A DNA stretch of 64,000 nucleotides from a virus: positions 63,397 to 127,396 of the IMG/VR virus record IMGVR_UViG_3300035670_000044. One strand, 5' to 3'. Positions 1-11,700 of this stretch are shown here, piece after piece. The translations under genes and the position numbers were made by a program. The first letter of the stretch is position 1. Every line of letters starts with the position of its first letter. The notes below the pieces were generated by a model. That model did not search any database, was not told the DNA's origin, and saw nothing but the letters and a program-made list of their open reading frames with translations.

Positions 1-2
1 AT

Positions 3-3000
3 CCGGGGGGTGCAGAGCGGTATACTGGATGGGGGCAATATATTAACTCAGTAGTAGCATTGTATTTGTTCCGGTACATGGTAGAAAAAACAACACCGTC
101 TCAATGGGAACAATTCAATCTTGGGTATCTGCTGTCAACCTATCCTCCGATCCAAAACAACAACGGCACATATAGTTTTAACGAACTGTACTGGGATAAG
201 ATCTGGCTGGACATCAAACAAAACAGATTTGGCCCGATTAGTAACTATCCGGTCATCCCAAGCGGCCGAGCATACAATTTTAACACGGCCACCATACCAA
301 ACTGGAGAGATAATCCTGGCCTGTGGGGCAGTAGCAGCGTCATAATTTCCGAGGCTACTAGCCGTCTACCACAAGATCTCGATATCTCCTGGGACTCATT
401 CTTCTTTAGCTCAACACGGGTGTATTACCCATCCGATCGCCCGGAGGACCGTGGTCACTACCGGATCCAGACCAATCCCCAGGCGGACTTGTGGGAAAAG
501 TACTTCGGGTTAAGGTACGACCAGCTTCGTAGCGACCTAAGGAATTGGGAGTTCACCGTACACCCGAACGAATCTAGTGTCACCCAACTTGAAAAAGATC
601 TGAAACTTCCATACTTCCTTCTTGACACACCCCTAGTCGCCGACAGAGCCAATAACGTCTTCTCGGACCTGTGGCCGTCTGAGTCGTTTGGGGAACAGAT
701 TGACCTGCCGACCAACACCAATAGGATTGGTGGCGTTCAAGGTATCCGTAGCGAGATCACACTGAAGTCAATTCGGTCGTTTCGGTATCAGCCAGGGAGG
801 ATCAGTGGATTCACGTATGGGGTTAAGCTCAGTGAGATCGGGGCCGGACCAGGCACGGTGCTCGAGTTTGGAATTGAAAACGACACAGACGCGTACATGT
901 TTCGGCTGAGCAACGGTGCGAACTTCTCAATCGTTCGCCGGTCCACTGTCCCGTTAGAGGACACGCCATTCTTGCAGGGCTCTAAATACGCCGAAAATAC
1001 CCGGACCATCGTCCGTAACGGCCAAGTCCAGTACGAGACGGTGATTGATCAAAAGATCATGAATGGGGACTCGTTGGGGGGAGAGGGAGAGTCAGGGTAT
1101 ATTCTCGATCCAGATACCGTCACCATGTATAAGATTGAGTTTGGGTGGTACGGGGCTATCGGGGCGAGATTCTATGCGTACATCCCAACCGGTAACGGTG
1201 ACTGTCGTTGGGTGACCATGCACACCCTGGTTATCGAAAACCAGCTCGGGCGCCCATGCCTCGCCGATCCTTTCTTCTACTTTAAGTATCGATTGCTGGT
1301 TTCCGACTCCTCAACGATTCGTGTCGACCAGTACGTGAATAAGTTCGGTGCGTCCTACTATATTGACGGGTATGACGAAGGAACTCTATACAGCCTAAAC
1401 GCACAATCTAAAGTTCGTTACCTCCCCAATCCCAAATTTTCCCAGTCCAAGACTCAACTCAACGCGATTGACTGGACGACATTGATGGGTGTTAAGCCTC
1501 GGCAGTTTCTGGTGAACCGTTTTGGTACCGAACTTTACAACAAAAAGGAGATTTTCCCAGAAAACGCCTTTGTTTACTCTCAGCAAGACTGTGAAATAAA
1601 GATTATCCGTCAACGAGGGTGTCCGGAGTGGGCGTACACACACCAGGAAGGATACCGTTGGTCTTCATTACCCGAGTCCCGGCGCATCAAAGGTAAGTTC
1701 ACTATCGACCCTTACTTCACCCTGGACCGCCCCGCTCTCGGCATTTCAAATGATGACGGGTCCAGTCACAGTGCGGTAGCCGCGTACAGTACGGGTTCGG
1801 AGGGATCGTTCAGAAACCCGGTTGATTCTACATCGTGGGACGTTAACGTAATCGGCACCCAAGTCGTTCGGATGATCGCCGATGACCTCTACGCTACTTA
1901 CCCGTCACCTCTTTACGACTTCAGCGGTGGATCATTAGCTCTCAAACTTCAACGGGACTCAGGGAATCAAGTCTACCTCTCAAGCCGTCAATCTTTCCCC
2001 ACACCTACTAACGTCCACCTACCCAATCTTTACACCCCCGTCTCTCCCTACAATCAAGGATACGATATTGAGTTCGATTACTTCCGCCGTGACCAAATAC
2101 TCTTGAGTACTGTTGATGTACTTAGCGATGAATTTTATATTTATTGGGTGGGCGGACCTGGCAGTAATCCGTCCCCCGGACACGCAACCTCACTACGTTT
2201 CGGATTCGTTTGGCCGGAGACAACAGACACAGGTAGTGACCTGTACGCTACCTCCCCCGACCAGGATTGGGGTATAGAGCTCAACGCATCCTGGGATGGA
2301 CAAAATTTTTACGAAGGACTGCCTTACGATTTTGTCAGTGACCACCCATTGAACACGTTATACGTTGAAACAAATCCAACATTAAATGTCGACACTTACA
2401 ATCTAGAAGTTGGAGAGTTTACCAACTACGAGGATATTTACGGGCTAGAGGATAACCGGATCTCCGTACCAGGGTTGGAGGGGGGAGTATGCCGTGGTCT
2501 GTTCTGCAAGGTGGGTCGAGAAGTCCGTAGCAACGTCACTATTATCTCCGAAATTGACTCGGTCACTAACACGGTAAATTATTACGTGGTCGATCCCAAC
2601 TCCCCTTGGCCAAACCTCGGAAACGAGTCTTACATTGTGACTCTGACCCAGGAAATCAGCACGGCTAATGTGTTAACTACTGGGGGGGAAGTCAGGTCAT
2701 TTGAAGACACAACACTGTACTTCCTTCCTCTTGGCTCTTCTCTTCCCGTCGGGATCTCGATAGGCACAGTAGACTCGTCGTACAATATCGTGTACATCGC
2801 CACCATTGACAAACGGTCACAGGTTAGGCAAATTCTAGTCTCGAAAATAGCTCCGGGCAATGTGCCGTTTGTCCGAGTATTTGTCCAGGGTAGACAGGGA
2901 GCGGAATTAGGAGGTGTATGGGTCGGTCAGAAGACTTCTATAGGGGCAGATGTCCGTCCCCTAACCCCCCACCGCAGCACGGTCTCCATTACCGATTCTG

Positions 3001-3470
3001 GACCTGCTGACTACCACAGCCAATGGTCGTCTAGCCCGGAATCGGACGGGGCAGTGAAGACAATCACGACCTATACTCAATCCGACGGGCTCGGACTATC
3101 CACTGCACCCACCTTCGACCCAGAAGAGGCCACCATTGACTCGTTTAAGTCCGTCCACAGCAATCAAAGAAAATGTGGTAGTTTTCTATCATCCGGAGGA
3201 ACTAACTCGGCCGGTATTTTTACCGAATCTCAGTACCCCATCCGGTGGTTAACCAGTCCGGGTAACGGCACTCCGCTAGCCACTTACTACGTCACAGCAA
3301 ACACCCCCACCGAGATCGACCTGAACCCTGTATTCAATGTATCAGCGGAAAGCATTGTCAACGAAGACGATGGAAATTTCGCTACGTTCTTCATTGCTCG
3401 AGCGTTAAACAACCACGAGGAGAACGACCCCAACGAGATCTACATGTCACTCAACTATACAGAACAGTAA
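3..3470 (+). CDS. Large virion structural / tail-fibre-associated protein (5'-truncated)
   Basis: Frame is open back to position 3, so the true start lies outside the window. Contains FRYQPGRISGFTYG and MYKIEFGWYGAIG blocks typical of cyanophage structural proteins; S/T/G/N-rich. Confidence 0.7.
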   Translation, partial: PGGAERYTGWGQYINSVVALYLFRYMVEKTTPSQWEQFNLGYLLSTYPPIQNNNGTYSFNELYWDKIWLDIKQNRFGPISNYPVIPSGRAYNFNTATIPNWRDNPGLWGSSSVIISEATSRLPQDLDISWDSFFFSSTRVYYPSDRPEDRGHYRIQTNPQADLWEKYFGLRYDQLRSDLRNWEFTVHPNESSVTQLEKDLKLPYFLLDTPLVADRANNVFSDLWPSESFGEQIDLPTNTNRIGGVQGIRSEITLKSIRSFRYQPGRISGFTYGVKLSEIGAGPGTVLEFGIENDTDAYMFRLSNGANFSIVRRSTVPLEDTPFLQGSKYAENTRTIVRNGQVQYETVIDQKIMNGDSLGGEGESGYILDPDTVTMYKIEFGWYGAIGARFYAYIPTGNGDCRWVTMHTLVIENQLGRPCLADPFFYFKYRLLVSDSSTIRVDQYVNKFGASYYIDGYDEGTLYSLNAQSKVRYLPNPKFSQSKTQLNAIDWTTLMGVKPRQFLVNRFGTELYNKKEIFPENAFVYSQQDCEIKIIRQRGCPEWAYTHQEGYRWSSLPESRRIKGKFTIDPYFTLDRPALGISNDDGSSHSAVAAYSTGSEGSFRNPVDSTSWDVNVIGTQVVRMIADDLYATYPSPLYDFSGGSLALKLQRDSGNQVYLSSRQSFPTPTNVHLPNLYTPVSPYNQGYDIEFDYFRRDQILLSTVDVLSDEFYIYWVGGPGSNPSPGHATSLRFGFVWPETTDTGSDLYATSPDQDWGIELNASWDGQNFYEGLPYDFVSDHPLNTLYVETNPTLNVDTYNLEVGEFTNYEDIYGLEDNRISVPGLEGGVCRGLFCKVGREVRSNVTIISEIDSVTNTVNYYVVDPNSPWPNLGNESYIVTLTQEISTANVLTTGGEVRSFEDTTLYFLPLGSSLPVGISIGTVDSSYNIVYIATIDKRSQVRQILVSKIAPGNVPFVRVFVQGRQGAELGGVWVGQKTSIGADVRPLTPHRSTVSITDSGPADYHSQWSSSPESDGAVKTITTYTQSDGLGLSTAPTFDPEEATIDSFKSVHSNQRKCGSFLSSGGTNSAGIFTESQYPIRWLTSPGNGTPLATYYVTANTPTEIDLNPVFNVSAESIVNEDDGNFATFFIARALNNHEENDPNEIYMSLNYTEQ

Positions 3471-3473
3471 CCC

Positions 3474-3490
3474 GTTGAAAGCCAATTAGT
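3474..3490 (+). promoter_or_regulatory. Putative late promoter GTTGAAAGC-N4-TAG
   Basis: GTTGAAAGCCAATTAGT, 32 nt upstream of ATG 3506; one of 14 copies. Confidence 0.75.
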
Positions 3491-3505
3491 AGAGTGATTT
3501 AGGGG

Positions 3506-6500
3506 ATGTCAGAGTCACAGTTCACGAGTTTTGGCAGATTCTCACGACCTGATATTGGACTGACATCCGACAGCACACGAAACCTGGCGGAAATCTTCGA
3601 CTCAGATAAGCGGGAAGCCTTAAGAAATATACTAATTCGTCCGGAAATTCTCGACTCTTTGTACAAAGTGTCTGAGAATATTACCCGAGAAGATCTCAGA
3701 TCTGCATCAGGGTTATCTCGCCTCCTCCTGCCATCTCTCAACCAGCTCGATGAGATAACCAACGATAGAGTACCTACTCGGTTATATGTCGACAAAGAGT
3801 TTTATGCACCGGACACGGCCCTAGGGGGAATTGGATCTCCAGCCCTCAACACGCCCAACGTCATCCTTTTAAACGGTTCTGTACAATGTGAAGGAGTGCA
3901 ATATAGAGCGAACACAATAGGTGACAGACTGTTCACCAACCCTAACCGTGTAAACGTCTCCTTGTCTACGTCTAGAGCAAGCTTATTTAACTCCGAGACT
4001 GATCCGGAAAACACGGGGTACTTTCTTAGCGCGAGGTATCCGGGTTCGATACGTGTTCGGAGGAGGTCACATGTCAACAGAATATTAATCCCAAAGACCT
4101 CGTTTCTCACCAAACCACCCCTTCTTGAGAATCCTACTCACTCAATCCAGGTGAATGTGGACAATGGAAATACTGGGACAATTACTCCAGTAAGATTATT
4201 AGCAACCAAGAACACCCCGTTACGGGTTTATTGCCGTATGTCTACGGGAAGAGTAACCTTCAAGTTTACAGACTCCGCCTCCCCGTATTTTTTCGGATAC
4301 CAGATCCAACCAGCACAACAACGTCCGAACTCGCCACCCGTAGAATTCCTACCCGTCGCCCCGGTATCTCAACAATCCGGATCTGCTACATTCGTCCTTA
4401 ACATTGACATTACGACGACCGGGTACCAGAATCTCTACGACCTGTATCTGTATCTGTACGTAAACCCTGAAAAAGTCTCGGGAATAGAGTTCTCCGGTAT
4501 CGATATTCGTGAGTTCCCTGATCGTAAAGACCTGGGATTGATCGGGTTTAATAACCTCCGGGATTTTCGGGTGTCCGACGGCTCAATGACCATCCTCCCT
4601 TTGTGGTTAAAAACCCTCAGGACTAGCTTGAGATCTCTTGATCTGGCTTCTACAGGGGATACATGGCGTAACGGCCCCATGGGCTGGTTCGATATACGTG
4701 ACTCTTCTGCAATCCCTTCCTTCACCCATCCACTGTATACCGCTGTCAGTTACCTAACCCTCCCAAAATCTGGTACTTTGATCAATGAGGTAGGAGATGA
4801 TTGGAATGGTTCTTCTGGCTCTGGGGGGACTAGAGTGACAGGAATCTTTGAGAAATACATTAGGAATCAATCTAGAACCCCCGGTACTGACTACAGGCAG
4901 TTTACCGAGTTGACATCACTGTCTCTCGGTGACAAATTTTTGGGGCGTAGCCCTCGCTTCGATGACGTATTTCCAAACCTTCTCAGGTTGTCATGGTCAA
5001 GACCTAACGGTAGCCGTACTTATCGTTTTTTGTTTGGTTCTTTACCTAAAATCAACAACAACGGTTCTGTTATAGATTACAATATAAGTGGGTCTGGAGC
5101 AGTAGGAGGTATCGTCGATATAGGAACATCAACTACTCCATCCAACAATGGCCATATTTCTAAATACAAGATGTCCACGTTTAACGTAGCGGGATACTTC
5201 TCGGTAAGAAATAACATCTCTGGGTATATTAATAACCCGGAGGAAGACTGGTCTAGTTGGAGAACAACAACAACGTCCATAGATTACACTTACACCGGAT
5301 CAGGTCTCAGAATTAATCTTCAGTCGGGAACTTGGGAGAATCTTGTATCTCTATCCGCTTCATTCTCTGGGGGAACACTTCTTTCAGGGGATTCCTCCCC
5401 CCTCAATACCCCCAAGCTTCGATTGTTGTCACTATACGGATCTGGAACCACCGGCCCCGTGTTTAAGCTCGGATCGGTATCTAACACTAGCGCTCTCGAA
5501 TCAATCAATATCGGTGCATGTAATAGCATATCGCCTACCGTGTCGGTGGGCATCAATTACCTTCTTCCTTTCAATTTTGCTGAGTCTCGTAATCCCGGAA
5601 ATGAACACAGATTAACAACATTCTCCATCTCGTACTTTGCCCCACTATACAGATTCAGGAACCGAGACCTAGACAACCTGTACAATCTTACTTCCCTAAA
5701 TACATCATACAGCAATCTGACTGGCAAGTATCCGGTCTTCCCGTTAAAACGTCTATTTGACACGGATACAAAATCCGTATCGATTCAATCTGAAAATTCC
5801 AGTTTTTACGATCTCCGCAATTTAAGTATCAACCAGTCCAATTTTTACTTTTCTAGGGACGTAAGAAACCTGATCGTTTGGGGTCAAAATTCTGCCGGTG
5901 GTGGAGCTTTAATCCCGTCGTTTGAGGGAACTTCGACCAGTAGTATCCAAACAATCAATGTATCTAATTCCCAGCCATCGATCTACAGGTCCGACTGGTC
6001 TGCACCAAATCAACGAAATAGCTGCGTGCGTGATGATGATCCGGCCACAGTGATATCCGGACTTTCCATCTCACGTTCCGTACAGCCCGACCCTGATGAT
6101 AGCGTATATACACTGACCGGAGCTAGTAATTTTCGTCAACTGGTCCAGGTTGGGGATTCGGTTAGGTCATCAGTTAACGGATCAATCCTGGCCCGGGTTT
6201 TGTCGATATCAGACAGTAGTGTTATCATCGATTCCAATATCCCTGACCCTCTCCCCACCAGTCTATATTTTACCCGACAAACTAACAGTATCTCAAACTG
6301 GTTCGGGTCAGGTTTTAGCTCCCTACAGGTGTTCCGAGCCAGCAACTGCAAGTTGTCTGGTACACTCAACATCCGTAGCGGATTTGGCAGTATTCGTGAC
6401 GATTCCCTCCCAGCCCTAGACCTCAGTAGTAACATGATCTCCGGTTACACTGTAGGAGGTCTTGGACGAATATTCTCCGGAAATAGCAGAAGGATAACTA

Positions 6501-7060
6501 TAGACCTGTCTCGTAATAACCTGAGCACCGAAACAATACGAAGTATTGTATCAGAGATTGCCGATCTCGACGCTTTGAGAAAGTTCAGCAACTGCAGGGT
6601 TAGATTATCTTTAAATAAACTAGACCCTAGTAATCGCTATTCCAACTACACCCAGAACGAAGTATTCCCTGTTACCGTTTTGTCAGGATCAGGCATTGTC
6701 ACGTCTCTCTCTCGCAACGAGTTGTTTAAGGTATTTACTGAGACGACTATCACTAACCCGGATGGAACTACAACAACCGAGCGTGTTCAAACGGGAACTA
6801 TTACTGTGAGTGTCCCAGGAGCTTTGGTGGGTAATGTATATTATAAAACCAAAACGGATAGTGCTCAGGTTGCTCAGGAGAACCCAGTCGCGTTAAAGTT
6901 TAAAACTTTACGGGGCATATTAGTAGACCTAGGTTTCACTTACGTTTCCCCTAGTACAACACCAGTAATTACATCAACAGTTTACAGTAACGTCACCACT
7001 CGCTACCAGTCAATCCTTGATCATACTGATTATGATCCAGCCGACCTAGTTAACCCTTAA
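3506..7060 (+). CDS. Large structural protein with leucine-rich repeats
   Basis: 1184 aa. LxxLxL units include SLRSLDLAST, ELTSLSLGD, LYNLTSLNTSYSNLTG, SLQVFRASNCKLSG, ALDLSSNMISG, IDLSRNNLS. Confidence 0.7.
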   Translation: MSESQFTSFGRFSRPDIGLTSDSTRNLAEIFDSDKREALRNILIRPEILDSLYKVSENITREDLRSASGLSRLLLPSLNQLDEITNDRVPTRLYVDKEFYAPDTALGGIGSPALNTPNVILLNGSVQCEGVQYRANTIGDRLFTNPNRVNVSLSTSRASLFNSETDPENTGYFLSARYPGSIRVRRRSHVNRILIPKTSFLTKPPLLENPTHSIQVNVDNGNTGTITPVRLLATKNTPLRVYCRMSTGRVTFKFTDSASPYFFGYQIQPAQQRPNSPPVEFLPVAPVSQQSGSATFVLNIDITTTGYQNLYDLYLYLYVNPEKVSGIEFSGIDIREFPDRKDLGLIGFNNLRDFRVSDGSMTILPLWLKTLRTSLRSLDLASTGDTWRNGPMGWFDIRDSSAIPSFTHPLYTAVSYLTLPKSGTLINEVGDDWNGSSGSGGTRVTGIFEKYIRNQSRTPGTDYRQFTELTSLSLGDKFLGRSPRFDDVFPNLLRLSWSRPNGSRTYRFLFGSLPKINNNGSVIDYNISGSGAVGGIVDIGTSTTPSNNGHISKYKMSTFNVAGYFSVRNNISGYINNPEEDWSSWRTTTTSIDYTYTGSGLRINLQSGTWENLVSLSASFSGGTLLSGDSSPLNTPKLRLLSLYGSGTTGPVFKLGSVSNTSALESINIGACNSISPTVSVGINYLLPFNFAESRNPGNEHRLTTFSISYFAPLYRFRNRDLDNLYNLTSLNTSYSNLTGKYPVFPLKRLFDTDTKSVSIQSENSSFYDLRNLSINQSNFYFSRDVRNLIVWGQNSAGGGALIPSFEGTSTSSIQTINVSNSQPSIYRSDWSAPNQRNSCVRDDDPATVISGLSISRSVQPDPDDSVYTLTGASNFRQLVQVGDSVRSSVNGSILARVLSISDSSVIIDSNIPDPLPTSLYFTRQTNSISNWFGSGFSSLQVFRASNCKLSGTLNIRSGFGSIRDDSLPALDLSSNMISGYTVGGLGRIFSGNSRRITIDLSRNNLSTETIRSIVSEIADLDALRKFSNCRVRLSLNKLDPSNRYSNYTQNEVFPVTVLSGSGIVTSLSRNELFKVFTETTITNPDGTTTTERVQTGTITVSVPGALVGNVYYKTKTDSAQVAQENPVALKFKTLRGILVDLGFTYVSPSTTPVITSTVYSNVTTRYQSILDHTDYDPADLVNP

Positions 7061-7064
7061 CTCC

Positions 7065-8702
7065 ATGTCATCCGGACTTTTTAGCAAAAACAACTTATCA
7101 GAAAACGGACTTAACGCTGTCGATGCTTTACAGAAGCTGTATGGACCCCAGGTGCAGGAGGACATCAGTTTGTTCGCGTTTTCGGGGAGGCTGGAGTCCA
7201 GGGTTTCCTCGGACAACCAGTTGTATGGGTTAGTTAACGAGTCTATTTCTGACTCAAGCGGAAACGTATCCCCTCGTACTAAGTTTATCACAAACACTTT
7301 TACCTTTTCAGAAAACAATCTGGTGTGGATAGACCGGTCGGAGGGCTATGTCCTCGACAAACGAGCATCTGGTGAGCAGAGTACCGGAGCCCCGGTGAAG
7401 TTCTCGGTCAACGGGTCAGTGGTCAATACGGAGTTTGTGGGCACGGGAACCCAGTACGAGGTCAGGAATGGTTCGGGTGTTCTAGTCCCACTACCAGCTA
7501 CGGTAAACGTCAACCTCGCAGGGGTTGAGTCCGGATCACGTAGCTGCGTCGTCCAGGTAACTGTCAACGCGAACGGCACTTTAAGCCGGCCTGGAGTGAC
7601 AGTGCTGACCCCCGGGTCAGGATATATCGACAACGAGCTTCTCGAGCCTGTACCGGCCTGTAACCCCCATGACGATCCGTCCGAAGACAAATGTATGAGG
7701 TATACTGGAAACTCCCTATACCACGTCACCTATAACCAAAATACAGGTACCCAGGGATATAAAGCCCTTCTCCGGAACACTAAGTACCAGTATACCGTTA
7801 AATTTTCTGGCCCGGATGGCTTTTTCTTGTACGACAACAAAGTCTCGGAATGGGTGTACTTAGGGGTAAGTTATAATACGACCCAGGTATTACCTAAACT
7901 CCCAGTACCTGTACTTCAAATTAACAGATACGATACAATATATCCCCAAAACCTTACTCATCTGTATAAGCTGGATGCCAAGTCCTTGTTCTTCTCTTAC
8001 GGGGATTCCTATCAACCTGAGGGCAACCTTAGCTCCAGTATCCGTTCTATATCTCAATCGGTCGAGGATATCAGTTCTTCACTCCAGACTTTCCCCCAAA
8101 ACGTCAGGATCCAGGCAAAAATTGGTGATACCACCAATGACTTGGGCATCCCGTATAACATTTTGTCCGGCCAAAATATTCGATCGGATTACCGGGTCAT
8201 CTTCAGGGATCCAGACGGTGTCCTGGACAACCCATCTCTTAGTTTTTTCACCCTTAGAAACCTTAATCAGCCAGGAGAGGTGAGATCGGGAAATGTTTCC
8301 GTCCCTGGAATATGGCTTTTCACTGGTGACAAATATCAAAGAGTATTTAGCTCAGACGATAAGCCGTTTTTTAGCCAGTCGAACATGGATTACCTCAGCC
8401 CGATACTAAGTAAGTTTAGTTCCGGGTCAGTCGTTTCCGTCTCGTCGTCGGGTGAGTATAAATATGGCATTAGCGCTGGATACTATAAACCCAACGAACC
8501 ACTAAACAATACATCTGTTAGAGGATTTAACACCTCCGTCGGTACGTTGATTCAGAATCTATCCCTTACATTAAACAATGGCGGATTTGTTTATCACCGA
8601 ACTCTACCAGTAACCACAGTACGTGGGAACATTAAGTCCTGGCCGTTGTTCTCCTACCGGGACGGAGTCTCGACACTCGACGCAAAATTTCTAGCTATCT
8701 AG
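7065..8702 (+). CDS. Virion structural protein (fibre-associated)
   Basis: 545 aa, S/G/N/V-rich, with a VTVLTPGSGY repeat-type motif; N-terminal motif shared with neighbours. Confidence 0.6.
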   Translation: MSSGLFSKNNLSENGLNAVDALQKLYGPQVQEDISLFAFSGRLESRVSSDNQLYGLVNESISDSSGNVSPRTKFITNTFTFSENNLVWIDRSEGYVLDKRASGEQSTGAPVKFSVNGSVVNTEFVGTGTQYEVRNGSGVLVPLPATVNVNLAGVESGSRSCVVQVTVNANGTLSRPGVTVLTPGSGYIDNELLEPVPACNPHDDPSEDKCMRYTGNSLYHVTYNQNTGTQGYKALLRNTKYQYTVKFSGPDGFFLYDNKVSEWVYLGVSYNTTQVLPKLPVPVLQINRYDTIYPQNLTHLYKLDAKSLFFSYGDSYQPEGNLSSSIRSISQSVEDISSSLQTFPQNVRIQAKIGDTTNDLGIPYNILSGQNIRSDYRVIFRDPDGVLDNPSLSFFTLRNLNQPGEVRSGNVSVPGIWLFTGDKYQRVFSSDDKPFFSQSNMDYLSPILSKFSSGSVVSVSSSGEYKYGISAGYYKPNEPLNNTSVRGFNTSVGTLIQNLSLTLNNGGFVYHRTLPVTTVRGNIKSWPLFSYRDGVSTLDAKFLAI

Positions 8703-11700
8703 CTTAACGTAGGCGTAGTAAGAGTCTTTCACTTTTTCTTGATTACCGATATGCTCCAAGACATCTTCGTCATAGACGGAGGGATCTAGAGGTACTTCAA
8801 TTTTCATTCGGTGTGTGTAGTCGTTAGACAGCAAAGTTACCGGTGTTGACAGAGTCTGAATAGCGCTAAGACCATTAAACTCCAGCTTCTCCGTAACCGT
8901 CAAAGTGTTACCACCAAGTCCTGACTTAGTGTGATCACCCCACAGGACATCGTAGTTCCCTGGGGGTTTGTTATCATATAAGTTAGTGTCACTGATTGCA
9001 ATCTCAGAGAGCAATGGATTACCAATAGCATAGGGAGGATAACACAGTCCTCCACCATACTCAGGCAGGTCAAATCCAAATGGTGCAACTCTGTCAGAGG
9101 GTGGTTTAGGGAGTTCGCTGGCTACGGAATCTAGCCCAGGGTTGTAAGTTATCTTGAGGACATCGCTAAAGGATAGACCCTCACCCGTGTCTACAAATCC
9201 AAACTGAAACGCAATATTTTCTTCTGTATAGAACCTGACAAACTTCCCGTTAAACAGTGAAAGTTCGCTACCGCCAGCCAAAATCGATGCAAGGGTAGTT
9301 GTGAATACGACTAGTTCGTAACCGTTCACTGTCTCTTTACCTACGGATAGAGTCAGGGGTGCTACGAAACTCCTTACGTTCGTCGTGAACCCAGAATCGT
9401 CTGCCACCTGTATAGCCGTAACTGTTATCGGTGAGATCCAGGCCGAACTTGAAAAGGCGGGGAGTCCGATAGAGGTCGGATTGTCGCTGGATGTTACTGT
9501 ACCAGGAGTAGTGTGCAGATAATACTTACCCGATGTCAGGTACATCCTGGCCGAATTTGAGACAGTATTAGCAAACGCCACCGTTTTGTGATTAGGGTCT
9601 CCGCCCAGGTCATTAGCCCCCAACGTATTTGTTCCTGTGAACGTCGAGTTGTTAACCGGAAAACCTGACAGAACCATCCGACCGCCTTCCCCTAACCGAT
9701 TAGGTGTCAACCTAAGCCCGATGTAGTTTGATCCACGATTGTCAGAGACACCGTACCTAGCCTCACCCAATATAATATTGGGTTTGTTACTATACACACC
9801 CGATCCGTTCCCGTATAGCCCGATTCCAGTAGCCGAAGACTGAAGTGACGATTTAAACGAGTTAGGGATCATCCCGTCCAAAGGTGTGTTGGTTTTTGAT
9901 ACCGTCGACCCACGGTCAAACGGATGACCCTCAGTAATTTTCCACCAGTTCGGACGGGAATTATAGGGTCTCTTTTGAATGTTAGGGGTATAACTGCCAT
10001 CTACCATGTCGGCGTAAGTCTTATGGCTGACCGAAGGAGATGCGATGCGGCCTTTCCACAAAGCGTTCAGGTTTTCGTTGAATTGGCTAGGGCGGTTAGG
10101 AGAGATTTTTAAGGTGTACGTACCGGAAGTCAATCCTGTTATCGTACTGGACACAGTAGTACCGTTAGTGGTTAAGGTTATAGCAACCGGATCCGGTAAC
10201 ACATTATCGTCTTTAGCCACCAAACCATATGTTACCGACGCATTAGCATCCTGTAGGATGGAGATGATCCGGTTCAGCGTACCGCTTGTTATCGACCACG
10301 AGCCATCCGTACCGGAGAGAGTGATATTATGCTCTTCACTGTAAAACGTTGTAGCCGACGGTACAGTTGTAGTTTTAATAAACAGATTGGGTTCGGTGGG
10401 AATGATGACGTTTCTGTCCGCTTTATCCGGTCCACCTCGAAACATGCGGATGGTGATTGGAACATAAGAGACCCAGTCGTCTACACCAGAACCTGTAACA
10501 TACTTAAATAGACTATTAACCCCCGCCGTGCTGAATGTTTCCGAAGAAACATAAGTGTCCTCATTTTCTTTTGCCGACACGCCCCTTGTATTAAAAACAT
10601 TCACCCAATACGGGCTGGTTGCACCTATACCCAAATCGATTCGGATGTCTACATTTGTCTGAACTTGCAGTCCGTAGATCCCAGGACCTATCCTGAGATA
10701 TCCGTCCCACCTTACCCCCCAGTTATACTGTTCTCCTCGCAGTGGTGATGGGTTATCAAACCACTTCATGTTGGAGTCTTCGGTGACGCTATTTTCGCCA
10801 ATCAATTCTTGTTCCGTAGCCGTCCACCTTGTATCGACATACCCTTTACTATACCAATACCCCCTTTGAACAGACGGGACGACAACTCCGTTCTCGCTAC
10901 GGAGGACTCGTGCAGATGTATCTGGATCGATATCGTCCGCCCCGTAGGCTAAAGATATCTCCGGATCTCCCGGCATCTGCCCATACCACTCCGGGACATT
11001 CAGGGTGGAGTAAGGTCTGGTAAGGAGGAATGACGCAGTGACGAATACAGTGTTGGTTAGCAGGTTACGGATGCTGGTTAGATTGGCTAGACCTTCTTCT
11101 ACCGTCCATGCTGTTCCCGTTAGTCGTAGTGATATGCCGGAGCCAGATAGAGGTATACTTCCGCCCCGACCCGGTATCGTATACCCGTCTAAGTCCAGGA
11201 CTACAGACGTCTCCGTGCCAAGCACGTTAGAAGGCAAGATATTTGTGACATTGTCCGGACCTTTCAGGCTAGAAACGGTTACATTGGATCCGGTAAACGA
11301 AAATTTAACGTACCCGATCACCTCAGGATCCGGATTTCGGTAGAATTGCGCGTCTGGGCCGCTGTGGAGTTCAGGAAAACTACCTTCTCCGTAGAAGGAG
11401 TTAGCGAGAGACAGGCGGTCTTCGATCCGGATTCGGGGGGTGATAGAGACCGTACTGCCCAGTGTGCCACCTCCAACACTAGCTCCGGACAATGGCAACA
11501 GAAACTGTTTATCGATTCCCTCGTCAATAAAACTCTCAGTTACAGACCAGTCTACCCCAGTATAAGGCCCTCCGTACTGATTTCTCTCCCCTGTATCGGT
11601 TTCGGACAGCTTATCCAGCACATTGTCTAGGGCCTCCGCCGGACTATCCACATCTTCCAACGCAGCCGATCTCTTCAGGCCGATGAAATTCGAGTCACCC

